A DNA stretch of 64,000 bases from Prorocentrum cordatum (Eukaryota), in assembly GCA_963575745.1 (NCBI GenBank), contig CAUYUJ010000001.1, positions 3,162,001 to 3,226,000 of the forward strand, in the 5' to 3' direction. Numbering within the stretch: the first letter of the stretch is position 1; every line of letters starts with the position of its first letter. Below the pieces are notes generated by a model. That model did no database searches and was not told where the DNA came from. It was given only the letters and a program-made list of their open reading frames with translations. The translations under genes were made by a program, and so were the position numbers. Positions 13,776-26,665 of this stretch are shown here, piece after piece.

Positions 13776-14597
13776 AAGAAGGGGAGTGAGAGGATGAGGG
13801 GGAGGAAAAGGAAGAGGAGGAGGAGGAAGAGGAAGTGGGACTCGGCAGGAGTTCGTCGGGGTCAGCCACGCCGTCGCTTTCGTGTTATACGGCCCCGTGG
13901 AGCATCCCGCCCCTGCTGCTCATGCGCCGTTTTTTCATTGTGCGCGCGGGGCTGCGTGCGTGTAGCAGTTGGGCTGAGAAGGACGATGAGGAGGAACGCG
14001 AGGATGAGAAGAATGACCGATGAGGATGAGGAGGGGTCTCAATGCGTTATGCGATCGGATGTAACATTTTCAAAAACTCACCCCTCCACATCCTACCCCT
14101 CACTCGCCCATGCCTCACCTTCTCTCATCCTTCCCGCCTCACTCCCCTCCATCTTGCTTCTCCTCCTCCCTTCCTCCTCCTCCATTCCCTCCCTGCTCCC
14201 CAGGTTCAGCTCGGGGGGCATACCCCCCCCCGCGTTCCTACGATCCTACTATGGCGCTGCTCTGCGTCTTTTTTTTGTTTCTCTCTTTCTCTCTTTCTCT
14301 TCTTTCGCCTCCTGAGTCCCGCCCCCGCATCTCCGCATCGCCATCAATGGTCTGCTTAATCCTCTTCGTCCTTCTCCTCCTGGTTCTCCGCCTCCTCCCT
14401 CCTCGTCTTCCCTTTCCTTCGTCTCCTCTTCCTCACTCCATTTGCCATTCTGACTTCCAGGAAGCACAAGGCAGCTACAGCACCACCAATCCCCACACAT
14501 TCTGTTTCAGAGCGAACATGGCTTTCCTCGGGCCGAAGGCGGCCTAGGGGCACACAGGTACACAGACGAGAGGGGAGGCACATGAGGTGTCGTCTGG

Positions 14598-16070
14598 ATG
14601 GTGCTCAAGATCGTCTACTACAACGCCCAGGGTGCGGACTACACGCGCTTAGAGGAAACCAGCTTGCACTGTAGGAGCGTGGGCATCGTGATAGTCACAG
14701 GCACACGACGGCATGCAGATGTCGACCATGATGTGCAGCAGGCGTCATTACTTCACCAGAACATGTTACAGCTTGGATGGGAGCTCACGAAGTATGTCAG
14801 GAAGTATTGTGGAATAGTTTTATTGCTTGGCCACTATGTACACGGAGTGCAGCAAGCAGTGGCCCCATCGAGATCACAAGAACTCGTGGGGAGGGCCGCC
14901 AAAGTGAAATTGTTTGTGCACGGACAGCAAATCTGTCTTTCCCCAGTGTATTTCCCACCGAATGGTACAAGTCCTATCACATTAAAAGAAGCCAGTGAAC
15001 GCAGTGTGCGTTGGATCAGCAGGCAGCTTGCACGAGAAGGACACAGCACGTTTACCGATAGTGGCAGGAGACTTCAATTGTGCTTTTGGCATTCGACGCG
15101 GCGTGGCGGGAGTATGCTGTACAACAGAGGACGCGCATGTGGGCATCGTGGAGGCTACGCGCGAGACGGCCGTATCCGCTCAACTGCGCACGTTGGCAGG
15201 GGAGCAGTGCATGATCATCGCATCTACATCGCATCTCCAACTTTTTTTCAACGACTTGTCTCGTCAAACAGACCACTTCATGTGCCCCACGACGTTACTT
15301 GGATGTGAAAAAATAATTACGCTAGTAACATTTGAGAAGCGTTGCAGACACAGCAGAGCGCGACGCTTGAGGACCACGTACTAGTGTGCGTGGAGCTGAA
15401 CGTCAATTCGAGCGTATACAAGATAGCCAACCCGACTGCAGCAGTCAACCGTGATAAGTTATTGATGGCGCAGACGGCTGGCACAAACAGAAATGTTTTT
15501 TTTGCTCAGTGGAACGTAAGCTTAGGGCGGATGACGCAACGTATCAGCAGGCCACGATGACCAATAGAGTGCAATCAATTTGGGACCACATAGGGGGAAC
15601 GATTCGCGAAGGTGTGGTATAATACTTTCCTCCAGGCACCGCAGATCAGCAGAGTATGAACGACAACGAGAACGACGTATGGAGCTGCTACGGTGGCGAG
15701 GCCGATGGGAGAAAGTAGGAGACGCCCCAGCAGAAGAGTTCGCGCAGGTAAACGAGAAACTTACGGCGATCACGCGGCAGCCTCCGGCTTTACGACGGCA
15801 GCAAACAGCAGACAATCGGCAGGTACTGCACGAGGAGCTCGTGGCACCATGGACGGGCAATCGGTGGGCTCAAGTTCACAAGATCAGGAACAGCCTTACG
15901 TCACCAGGAAGAGGGCCGAAGAAGAGATACATCTTCGGCAAGGAATGAGTCAGGCAGATTTGACGACTTGAATACAGTTTCGCCCGCATTCAGGAGGAAT
16001 GGAACCCGACGTATACAAGTGGGACCAAGCCTCCCAGGACATGGACTTCTTGCCGAAGGTGCAGGAGAGG
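14598..16070 (+). mobile_element. Non-LTR (LINE) retrotransposon ORF2 relic: APE/EEP endonuclease and linker, frameshifted, RT absent
   Basis: EEP motifs occur in order across frames: LKIVYYNAQG, VIVTGTR, GIVLLL, VYFPP, PIVAGDFN (frame of 14995), SRQTDHFMCP, EDHVLV (frame of 15342). A helical linker ending GRGPKKR follows. Cut off by a minisatellite at about 16080. Confidence 0.8.
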
Positions 16071-16109
16071 GGTGTGTGGGTGTGGTGTTGGTTTCGGGTT
16101 TCTGTTTTT

Positions 16110-17700
16110 CGGCAGGGGGAAGAAGAAGGAAACCATAACCAAAACCAGAGAAGGAACACAAACCGGAACCAAGATCCGAAGCAAAGAGCACCCGAAGAAG
16201 ACACATTGGAGTTGGAACTGGAAGCGGAACCAGAACCATAACCAAAACCGCGAGGACTCATACCCCCCCCAAAAGAAAGGAAATCATAACCAAAGCCCAC
16301 ATACAGAACCAGAACCGTGACCTGGCGGGTCTTTTCTTGGGTCGGATGAACAAGGGGACCGGAACCGGAACCGAGTCCGTGGCCCGGGGGGTCTTTTACT
16401 GGGCCGGAGGAAGGAGGAAATTGGAACCACAACCATTGCCGGAACCATAATTTGGCCGATTGCGGCCGACCGAAAAAGAAAATGGAAACCGGAACCGAAA
16501 CCAGAGCCAGAACCGGAACCATAACCGAAACCGTGGATTGGGGGTCCTTTTCCCCACCCCGAAGAAGAAGGAAACCAGAACCAGAACCGGAATTGGAACC
16601 AAAGCCGTGACTTGGGGGGTTTTTGTCGAGGTTGGAAGGAGAAGGAAACCGGAACCGGAACCGGAACCATATCCGTGACCTGGGGGGTCTTCTTCCGGGC
16701 CAGAAGAAGAAGGAAACAGGAACCAGAACTGGAACTGGAACCAGAACCGTGACCAAGGAGTGTTTTGCGAGGCTGGAAGAAGGGAGCTGGAACCACAACC
16801 AGAGATGTGATTTCGGGAGTCTTATTCCGGGCCAGATGAAGAAGGATACCGGAACCAAAACCTTGACCTGATGGTCTCCCCGAGGCCGGAAGAAAATTTG
16901 ACCAACACCGTGACCTGGGGGCCTGATCCGGCCCAGAAGGAAAAGGAAACTCAAACCGAAACTGGAACCGAAACAAGAATCGTGACCAAGGTTTTTTTTG
17001 CGAGGCTGGAAAAGAAAGAAGGGAACCAGACCGGAACCGGAACCATAACCGAAATTATAACCGTGACTTGAGGGGTTTTCTTCCAGGCCGGAAGAAAGAG
17101 GAACCCAGAACTGGACCAAGAACCGCAACCAAGACCGTTACCAGGGGGGCCTTTCCCTAGGCAGGAAGAAGAGAGAAACCGGAACCAGAGCAAAACCGTG
17201 ACCTGAGGGTCTTCTTCGCGGCCAGAAAAAGAAGGAAACCGAAACCGGAACCAGAACCTGAACCAGAACCGTGTTTTGGGGAGTCTTCTTCTGGGCCGGA
17301 ACAAACAGGAAACCAGAACCAAAACCAGAAGCGGAACCAAAACCGCGACCAGGGTTTTTTCATCGGGGCCAAGAAAACAAGGAATCCCAAATTGGAACCA
17401 GAAACGGAACCAGAACCGTGACCAGGGGCGTCTTCTTCGGGGCCAGGAAAAGAAAGAAAACCAAACCGGAACCAGAACTAGAACCATGGCCGTGACCAAA
17501 TGGGTTTTCTTCGAGGTTGGAAGAAGGAGATGGAAATCCAAACCGGATCCGGAACCAGAACCAAAGCCGTGACGGGGGGAGTTTCTTCGGGGGCAGAGGG
17601 AGAAAGAAACCCAAACCGGAACTGGAACTAGAACCGTGACCCTTGTTTTTTTTGTGCCCGGAACCGAAAAACGATACTGGAACCAGATCAGAACCGTGTT
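16110..17700 (+). repeat. Compound minisatellite, ~20 units of 60-80 bp with a variable number of GGAACC/AGAACC hexamers
   Basis: Unit is roughly ccgtgacc-tgggggtcttcttc-gggccagaagaagaaggaaacc-(rgaacc)n. ccgtgac anchors at about 16606, 16673, 16747, 17061, 17196, 17416, 17489, 17567 and 17634. Confidence 0.92.
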
Positions 17701-18800
17701 TGTTGAGTATCGGGTGGTATGTTGTACGCGAAGGCTACGGAGTACCTGGGTGTTTCGTTGGACGCGAAGGGTGTTGAGTAGAAAGATGTTTCCAAATTGG
17801 GGCTGGGGAAGGGACCTGTTTACTATCGGGTGGTGTGTTATACACGAGGCTGTTGAGTACCTGCGCGTTGTTTTGTACACGGAGGGAGTTGAACTTAATG
17901 ATTTTTCAAGATCGGTTATGGGATGGAGCCTGTCGAACATCAGGTGGTGTGTAGTACACGAAGGCTGCGGAGTATCAGGGTGTTGTATTGGACGCGGAGT
18001 GAGGTAAGTAGAAAGAGTTTTTCAGCTTAGGATCAGGGAGTAAGCCAATTAAATATCTCGTGGCGTGTTGGATTCAGAAGCTCTGGGGTATGTAGGTGTT
18101 GTGTTTGTTGGACACGGAAGGAGTTTTTTTTTGGCTTGGGGATGGGGGCAGATAATTATTGGGTGCGGTTTGGGACACGAAGGCTGTGAAGTTCCTGGGT
18201 GTTATGTTGGTCGTGGGTGCAATTCAACAGAAAGGGTTTGGAAAATAGGCTCGGGGAGGGAGCCTGTTGAGTTCCGGGTGGTGTCTAGCTGCAGGGGATT
18301 TGGGTGTTGGACATGGGTAGAGTTGAGTATAAGAAATTTGTCCAAGGCTCGGGGAGAGGGCTTGTTGAGTATCGCGTTGTGCGTTGTACACGAAGGCTGC
18401 GGAAAAGCGGGGTGTTGTATTTGAAGCGGAAGGAATTGAGTAGAAGGACTGTTTCAGTCCAAGCGTTCACGTGGGGAGGAAGCCTTTGGAGCATCGGGCG
18501 GCGTATTGTACACGAAGGCTGTGGAGTACTTGTGTTTTGTGTTGGACGCGGAAGGAGTTGAGTATGATGGTTGTATCAAGTTAGGCTTGGGGAAGAGGGC
18601 CTGTTGTGTATCGGACGGTGTGTTGTACACGAAGGCTGTGAAGTTTCCGGGTGTTGTGTTCGTCGTGGGTGCAGTTCAACAGACAGAGTTTGAAACATAT
18701 GCTCGGGGAGGGAATTTGTTGAGTTTTACTCTTGGACAAGAAAGCTGCAGGGGATCTGGGCGCTGTGTTGGACACGGAGAGAGTTGAGTAGAAGAGATTT
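17700..18800 (+). repeat. Degenerate ~115-120-bp tandem repeat, ~10 units
   Basis: Anchor tacacgaaggctg recurs at about 17725, 17842, 17955, 18175, 18387, 18509 and 18626, with gttgagta and ttggacgcgga sub-motifs. Confidence 0.85.
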
Positions 18801-19655
18801 GTTCAAGGTATGATCCTGGAGGCCTTTGTTGGGGCCGAACAAGTCGCTTGAGAAGCCGCGACGCGCCCCAGGGGTCATGCAGCGCAACTTTGGGTCCGGG
18901 CCTTGTGAAAATAATCCTCCGGATTGCGGACTGAGGCTCCAGGGGATCGGACAAGGGACTTGAGGACACTCCAAATCGTGCCTCAAGGGCAGGCGAATCT
19001 CTGTGCCACCGCCGTATCCTCTTCCTTCCTCCCCTCTGTTTGTACTGCTTTGCCTCAGTGTTGGCCGAGTGGAGCGAGGCTCCAGCCTTCCCTTCCCCCT
19101 CGACAGGACGGATCGCTCGAATCTCTGGTATACAGGCAATAAGCTCCCTCCTCGTCCTCCGTCCTCCCTCCTCCCCCCGGCAGGCTCGGACTCGCAAGAA
19201 GTTCTCCCTCCAGTTCCCCACCTCTTTCCTCTCGACAGATCGCTTCTGCCCGCGAGCTCTGCTTCCCCGTCTCCCCAGCGAGCTGAGAGCGAATCTCCCT
19301 AACCGAGGGGGCGACAGGGGATGCCACTTCTCATCGCAAATGCAGCCAGCTGGAGGAGGAGTGGAAGGGGGTTTAGCGCGTGCCGTAATTTGCCAGCATC
19401 ATCTGCTACATAGTTTTGAGCTTCGCCTCGGGGTAGCTTATGGTGGTCCCTCGCTGGGCGCTCGGCTGGGGGACCCATTTCGATTTCCGCCGTCCCCTAA
19501 GCACGGCGCGTGTTTCAGCGATGTGCCTCTGGCGCGTCCTGGGGGGGGGCGCCTTCAGAAACTTCGCGTCCCACCTCGCTCAAGGCGGAAGCGGAGAGGG
19601 GGCTCCCCTTGCATGAGTGCAAGGTGGAGGAGGATCAGGGATTTGCGCGAAGTTG

Positions 19656-19663
19656 GATGATGG

Positions 19664-19717
<54 letters not shown>

Positions 19718-20906
19718 CGATGTTGATGATGTTGATGATGATGATGATGATGATGCCGATCATGACGATGATGATGCTGCTGATGATGCTGATGAGGATG
19801 ATGGTGATGGTCATGATATTGCTGATGAAGATGATGATGATGACGACGAACTGCTGCTGATGATGTTGCTGCTGATGATGCTGATGCTGATGATGATGCT
19901 GATATTGCTGCTGCTGATGATGCTGATGATGGTGGTGGTGGTGATGCTGATTATGATGATGATGCTGATCATGACGGTGATGACGATGATGATGATGCTG
20001 ATGCTGATGATGATGGTGATGATCATAATGCTGATGAAGATGGTGATGATGATGATGATGGTGATGGTGGTAGTGATGATGAGGATGACGATGCTGATCA
20101 TGACGATGATGGCGATGATGATGCTGCTGCTGATGAGGAGGATGGTGATGATCATAATGCTGATGAAGATGATGAAGGTGATGACGCTGATGATGTTGAT
20201 GGTGGTGGTGGTGGAAGTGATGATGATGATGATGATGATAATGATGATGTTGCTGTTGATGATGATGTTGCTGATGCTGATTATGCTGCTGTTGCTGCTG
20301 CTGATGATAATGCTGCTGATGATGATTATGGTGGTGATAATGATTATGATGATGATGATGATGCTGATCATGAAGACGATGATGATGTTGATGATGATGC
20401 TGGTGATGGTGAGGATGGTGATGATGACGGTAATGTTGATGAAGATGATGTTGATGTTATTGATGATGATGCTGATGATGAGTATGCTCATTACGATTGT
20501 GTTGATGGTGACAATGCTGATGCTGCTGCTAATCATGATGATGATCATGATGATGCTGCTGCTGCTGATGATGATGATGATGAAGGTGATGTTGATGATG
20601 ATAATGATGCTGATGATGCTGCTGATGATGATGATGATGCTGATGCTGGTGCTGCTGCTGATGATGTGGATGATGCTGATGATGATGATGGTGGTGATGA
20701 TGATGATGCTGATTCTGATGATGATGTTGCTCATGGCGATGCTAATGATTATGCTGATGATGAGAAGGATCGTGAAGATGATAATGCTGATGAAGACGAT
20801 GATGATGATGAAAGTGGTGATAATTCTGATGATGATGATGATGAGGATGATGTTGTTGATGATGATGATGATGTTGATTGTGATGATGATGATGATGATA
20901 ATGATA

Positions 20907-20937
<31 letters not shown>

Positions 20938-21071
20938 CGATGATGATGATGATGATGGTGATGATGGTGATGATGATGGTGGTGCTGGTGATGATGATGA
21001 TGATGATGCTGATGATGCTACTGCTGTTGCTGCTGCTGATGCTGCTGCTGCTGATGATTATGATGATGATC

Positions 21072-21110
<39 letters not shown>

Positions 21111-21144
21111 CTGATGATGATGATGATGGTGATGGCGATGGTGG

Positions 21145-21179
<35 letters not shown>

Positions 21180-21183
21180 GTGA

Positions 21184-21264
<81 letters not shown>

Positions 21265-21305
21265 CTGCTGCTGATGCTGATGCTGATGCGGCTGCTGCTG
21301 ATGAC

Positions 21306-21361
<56 letters not shown>

Positions 21362-21420
21362 GGAGGAGGAGGAGGAGGAGGAGGAGGAGGAGGAGGAGGA
21401 GGAGGTGGTTGAGGAGGAGG
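19656..21420 (+). repeat. Long degenerate (GAT)n microsatellite ending in (GAG)n
   Basis: About 1.7 kb of GAT with GCT/GGT/GTT/GAC variants; source of the spurious poly-M/D/I ORFs. Confidence 0.97.
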
Positions 21421-24239
21421 CTGTTGGTGGAAGCCGAGCCGAGCTCGAGTGAGGAGGAGCCCGAGAAGCAAGGAACAGCTCTTCATGCGACGGCAGCGTC
21501 GCTCATGCGTAGAGCGCCGCTGCTGTATCGCCCGCCGCTGCTGCGCGCGGCCGATGCGTCAAGGAGCACCGGCTCTACTCGTTCAGCCTCTTGAGAGGGC
21601 CGCCCCGCCCCGCTGCGCGAAAGAGCCCCTCGTGCGCCCGCGCGTGCCGCTGCCGCGAACGTGGTCGGTTGGCTGAGGGCCAGGTAGGCCCACTACAGAC
21701 GGACCCAGCTTGTCCGTCGCATCGCTCGGACGTGTGCATATTTCCTTCGGCGAGGACCATCGAGGAGCATCCTTGATCATTTGGCGAAAAAGCCACGCAC
21801 AAAACCGAACAAAAGCACGGGGAATGGACGTCCGAGCGATGCCCAGCTTGTCAAGCATCAGCAGGCTCTGTCGGATTGTATCTCTGCCCGGTTGGGCCTG
21901 CCTGCTGCCTCCGGCCCGCTCGGCCCCAGGCGTGGCCGGCCGATCACGGGGCTCCGCAGCTGCCCCGGTCTCGAACGGCAGGCCCTGCTCGCGGCATCGG
22001 GCGGTTCGGCAAATCGACAGGAGCAGCTGCGCGAAGAGGAGGAGGAGGAGGAGCAGGAGGAGGAGGAGGAGGAGGAGGAGCCTAGATTATAACCCACGAT
22101 GGGCAAGGCTAGTCTGTCAAGGGTTCGAGTATTTCGGCCGTCTTGTAGGCCTCTTTAGGGGCCTCTTGGGTCGTCCATGGGCGATCCTGGGGACCTATGG
22201 GGCTGTTTTGGAGCACCGGGGGCCCGAGAAGGCGAGAATGCTAAAACCATTGAAGCAGCCAATTCGGTGAAATCCGTGATTTTTGCCTCGTGGCCCCTTT
22301 TTTGGGGCCTCTTGGAGCCCTCTTGGGGCGTCCTGTTTTTCTGGGGGGCTTTTGAAGCCATTTTGGGTGTCTTGGAGAATTCTTGGGCCGCCTCGGGGCC
22401 CCCTTTGACCGTCTTGGTAGCCTCTGGGTGCCTCTTGGCCTCTCTTGGGGCCAGTTTGCATCCCAACAAGTTACTCCGGGACAGGCGACAAGCCACACTA
22501 GCGCTTAGGAACGCTTGGAATTCGGGGCTGTGGTCCCTGTGGAGATTATTACAATGCTCAATGGAGAGGGCTCGAATGAACCTCAGGACACTTCGCGGCG
22601 TGGCGGATTTGGCACCGCGTTTCGCACGCACCGATTTTGGCAACGCATCCGCGAGGCTGGTTGGGATAACCAATTCGACGTTCTGACGTTGGAGTAATAC
22701 CTTTCCGTAGCCCGTCAGTTCTACACCCAATCATGGTGAGGATGGTAGTTTTCTAGGATCGGGCACGAGAAATGAAGGAGTTGCGCATGCGCGCCTTTTT
22801 TTCCGATCTACTCGGGAGGATGTTTTTGCGAAGTTTTCGTCTGGCTTGGTCAAGGGATCGGAGGAGCTTGTGCAGGCCAGTGTTTCGGTTACATCGATTC
22901 GGTTCAGATGGGCACAACATCGCTCCAAGACGGTCCGCCTCCTTTTCCTCCTCCTTCTCCTCTGTTTCCTCGAGGGTTTCCGCCACGGCTGGGGAACCAC
23001 ATAGTCCATCCAATAGCTTGGCCAAGCTTTGGCCCAGCGCTTGGCCACAGCGGTGTTTTCAGAAAAGCAGGGGGCGGCTGTGACTCGCCGTGGGCTTATT
23101 CGATAATGACGCGGCTTCCAGCTGGATTCCCACAGTAGCTCCGAACAGTGGTAGATGGCGAGAGACTGTTGACAAGAGCTGGATTCAGGAAACAGCTTTA
23201 TGTAATAGGCTCCACACAATCCACCCGAATCCAGAGACGCGTCTGTAATTCATCCTGGTTTCTGCCGTGTGGATGGTCGAATAATTTGTCTTGGGGCCAC
23301 CTTGGGCCTTCATTGCCGGCTTGGAGGTCATCCTGGAACTCTCTGAGGCCGTTTGAGGCCATTCTGGCAGATTTGGATGCCATTTTGGCAGTCTTGGAGG
23401 CTATCTTGGATAGTCTTCCTCCCTCCTCCTCGTTCTTTTCCACACTCCCCCTCCGCTTCCTCTTCCCCCACCCTCCTCGGCCTCCCCCTTCCTCCTCCTC
23501 TGCTTCTACATCCGCGGCCATGGGAGGTGTTGTCGTTTGCTTCTGAAGATGTCGATGCACTGTTCTGATGTGGTTGAGGCGCAATGTCGATAATGATCTC
23601 GTTTCATATTGCCCTGGCAAGTCGCGGTGTTACTGAGCTGTGCATTTCCAGGTTGCGCTAGACCCGTTGGATGTCTGCTGCCAGACGTCGTAACATTCTG
23701 ACTGAATTTACAGACACGTGCATGCGCTTTGCTCATCCGGTGCTTGTGAGGCCTCTGGCATTCATGTTCGGTTTGACCCTGAACGAGCCTCCGCCCGTTA
23801 AAGCCATACTATGGTCGAGGCGTTGCGTACCAGCGCAGACATGTGCAGTTGAGGATACATGTTCGTGCAAGTGCGTCTAACATGTGGCAGTGTGCTCGCG
23901 TTCCCAGACGCTGTTTGCCGTCAGCGCTTCTAATGCCGATCATTCCTGGAGTTGGACGCTACCCGACAGGTGGTCGATCATGTTCGGTGTCCTTTGTTGT
24001 TTGGCGCAGTATGCTGCGTGGACTGCTAGAAGAGTGCTCCTACCCTGGCCTTGCCATGGACGCAAGGCGACACGCATATACCTGTACGACCACCCGTCGG
24101 GTGATAAGGAGGTTGGCGTGGGGGAGAAAGAACCAACTGACGACAACTGCGATGGCGGTGATGATGACGACGCTGGTAGGGTGCCCTCGATTAAGCGACG
24201 ACGCGTGGTGACGATGCTGCGTCGCGATGTGGTCCCACT

Positions 24240-25740
24240 ATCGATCCCACCTCGATCGACCTCACCATCGAGACCTCACCATCGAGACCTCTCGATCGAC
24301 CTCACTATCGGTACCACTATCGAACTCACTCTCGATCTTGTTACCGACCTCACTATCGAATCCGCACGAAGCTTCGAATTCGGGTTTCCTCATCCCCGCG
24401 CTCGTGCTGCCATGTATTTTGCCTCGGCACGCTCAAGGCCACAAGTGAAAGCGCCTGGCCAGGATGTGTGTGTGTGTGTGTGTGTCTGTGCGTGCGTGTG
24501 TCAGTGGGACGCCACGAGGACACCAATCGTGACACCAATCGGGACACCGACGGGACACCGACGGGACATCATTCGCTCGATATCACGGTCGATCCTGTGG
24601 GCAGTGATGCTGACATTGAAAAACGTTTGGCGTATCAGGTCATCTGCGAGCCGCCCAAGTCTCACTATGGACACCACCTGGACAGCATCGATACACCATC
24701 GAAGCACCACCATGATACTATCAGGATACCCATCGGGATACCAATCAGGATACCATCGGAGCACCACTCAGGGCACCTATCGGGACACCACCAGTACACC
24801 ACTGAGACACCATCGAACCACTATCAGAGCACCAATCGGGACACCAATCGGGACACCAATCGGGACACCAATCGGGACACCAATCGGGGCACCAATCAGG
24901 ACACCATCAGGTCACCATCGATCTCACGATTGATTTCGTTATCGATCTCGCTGTCGGTCTCATTCGATCGATCTCCCGCCATCGCTCTCAATCGATCGAT
25001 CTCACTGTTGATCTCACTCTAGATCTCTCTAGCGATCCCACTATCGATCTCACTATCGATCTCACTATCCGTCTCAATATCGATCTCACCACGGGACACC
25101 ACGGGTCACCGACTGGAATCCGATTGGACACCGAAGGGACACCGACGGAACGCACGCGGGACACCGACGGGACATTGATGGGACACCATGGGACACCACG
25201 GGACACCATCGGCACACCATCGGGCCACCAATCGATCTCATGTTTGATCTCCCTATCGATCTCACTCGCTCGATCGCACTATCGATCTCACTCGATCGAT
25301 CGCACTAATTGATCTCACTATCGCTCCCACTACCGATCTCACTCTCCATTCCATTATCGGTCTCACTTTCGCTCTCACCATCGATCTCACCACAGGACAC
25401 GGCAGGACACCCACGGGATACCTGCGGAATACCGACGGGACACCGATGGGACACCATGGGGCACTTTCGGGACACCATCGGGGCACTAATCGATCTCACT
25501 ATCGATCTCACTATCGATCTCACCATCGGTCTTACTATCGATCCCACTCGCTCGATCTCACTATCGATCTCACTATCGATCTCACTATCGATCTCACTAT
25601 CGGTCTCACCACGGGACACCGACGGGACACCGATGGGACACCGACGGTGTCGCCCAACGGGACACCGATGGGATACCGTTGGGACACCGACGGGACACCA
25701 CGGCGGGACAGCGACAGAACACAAATGGGACCCCGACGGC
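24240..25740 (+). repeat. Bipartite minisatellite alternating (ATCGATCTCACT)n and (GGGACACCRAYS)n blocks
   Basis: Four alternations of the two 11-12-bp motifs; purest runs at 24830-24890 and 25550-25610. Confidence 0.9.
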
Positions 25741-26058
25741 ACTTTGAGCTGACCCCACAATCTCAAATTTACAAGCGAGATGGATAGCGGGAGGAGGATG
25801 AGGAGGAGGAGGAGGAGGAGGAGGAGGAGGAGGAGGAGGCGACGGAGGACGAGAGGGACGAGGACGAGGAAAAACGAGGGAAAAGTAGCGAGCGAGCCAT
25901 CAGCCGAGATCAGAGGGGCGACGCACCTCGAAGCCTCGGGCCGCACCAGTGGCCGACACCCGTGGCAACCCCACCTCGCAATCGGTCGGACACTTCGCGT
26001 GGGCCTGCAGTGCCTAACCAAAACACAAGGTTCAGCCAACCTCGCCGTGGGCCATCTT

Positions 26059-26216
26059 CAGGAGGGAAAACACACACACAGACACAATTAATCGTATATT
26101 CCCCAGAAGAGATGGGAAACTATGGGAAGTGGGGGGGAAGACAAACACCAAGAAAATACGAGAAAATATGGGCATTCGTGTATCTGTGTGTATGTATTTG
26201 TGTGTCCTTGGGCCCC
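26059..26216. mobile_element. ~155-bp dispersed element, copy 1 (MITE-like)
   Basis: caggagggaaaacacacacagacacaattaatcgt...ggggggaagacaaa...tatttgtgtgt..gggcccc is collinear with 52534-52693. The ACAC-rich left end and GTGT-rich right end are loosely inverted. Confidence 0.6.
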
Positions 26217-26334
26217 TTCACATGCCCGAGCAGGCTGCCGCACAGGGTCGCCCCAGCACGCCGCGGGCGGCCGTGGCCTCATCCGGCCAGCCCACATAAG
26301 AGCGGGCCGTCCTGAGGCCGACGCCCTGGGTGGG

Positions 26335-26665
26335 AGGGGGAGGAGGGGGAGGAGGAGGAGGAGGAGGAGGAGGAGGAGGAGGAGGAGGAGGAGGAGGAGG
26401 AGGAGGAGGGAGGAGGAGGAGGAGGAGAGGAGAGGAGGAGGAGGAGGAGGAGGAGGAGGAGCCCCTCAGCTCGCGAGCGAAGGACGGGCGTCCGTCGCAA
26501 AGAAGAACGTGGAGGACGAGTTCGGCGCCCACCTGAGGCTGACGGGCTGACGGGCTACGGCGCGCCCACCGGCGGCGCGCCGCAGAGCCCTCACTGAAAG
26601 GGTTCGCTGAAAGGAGGAGGAGGAGGAGGAGGAGGAGGAGGAGGAGGAGGAGGAGAAGGAGGAGG
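26335..26665 (+). repeat. Two (GGA)n tracts
   Basis: Runs at 26340-26461 and 26612-26665; others at 22036-22080 and 25790-25870. Confidence 0.95.

Noticed and set aside
15950..17940. 392-aa and 329-aa minus-strand ORFs
   Set aside because: Translations of the GGAACC compound minisatellite.
19617..21594. Poly-Met/Asp/Ile/His ORFs here and at 38.5-39.3, 42.7-44.4, 49.8-50.9 and 54-55 kb
   Set aside because: Translations of GAT microsatellites.
22460..22760. Serine-recombinase-like fragment on the minus strand (VELVIPTSL..TPRSVLRFIR)
   Set aside because: Superficial resemblance; no catalytic YxRVS or RxxR motifs found.
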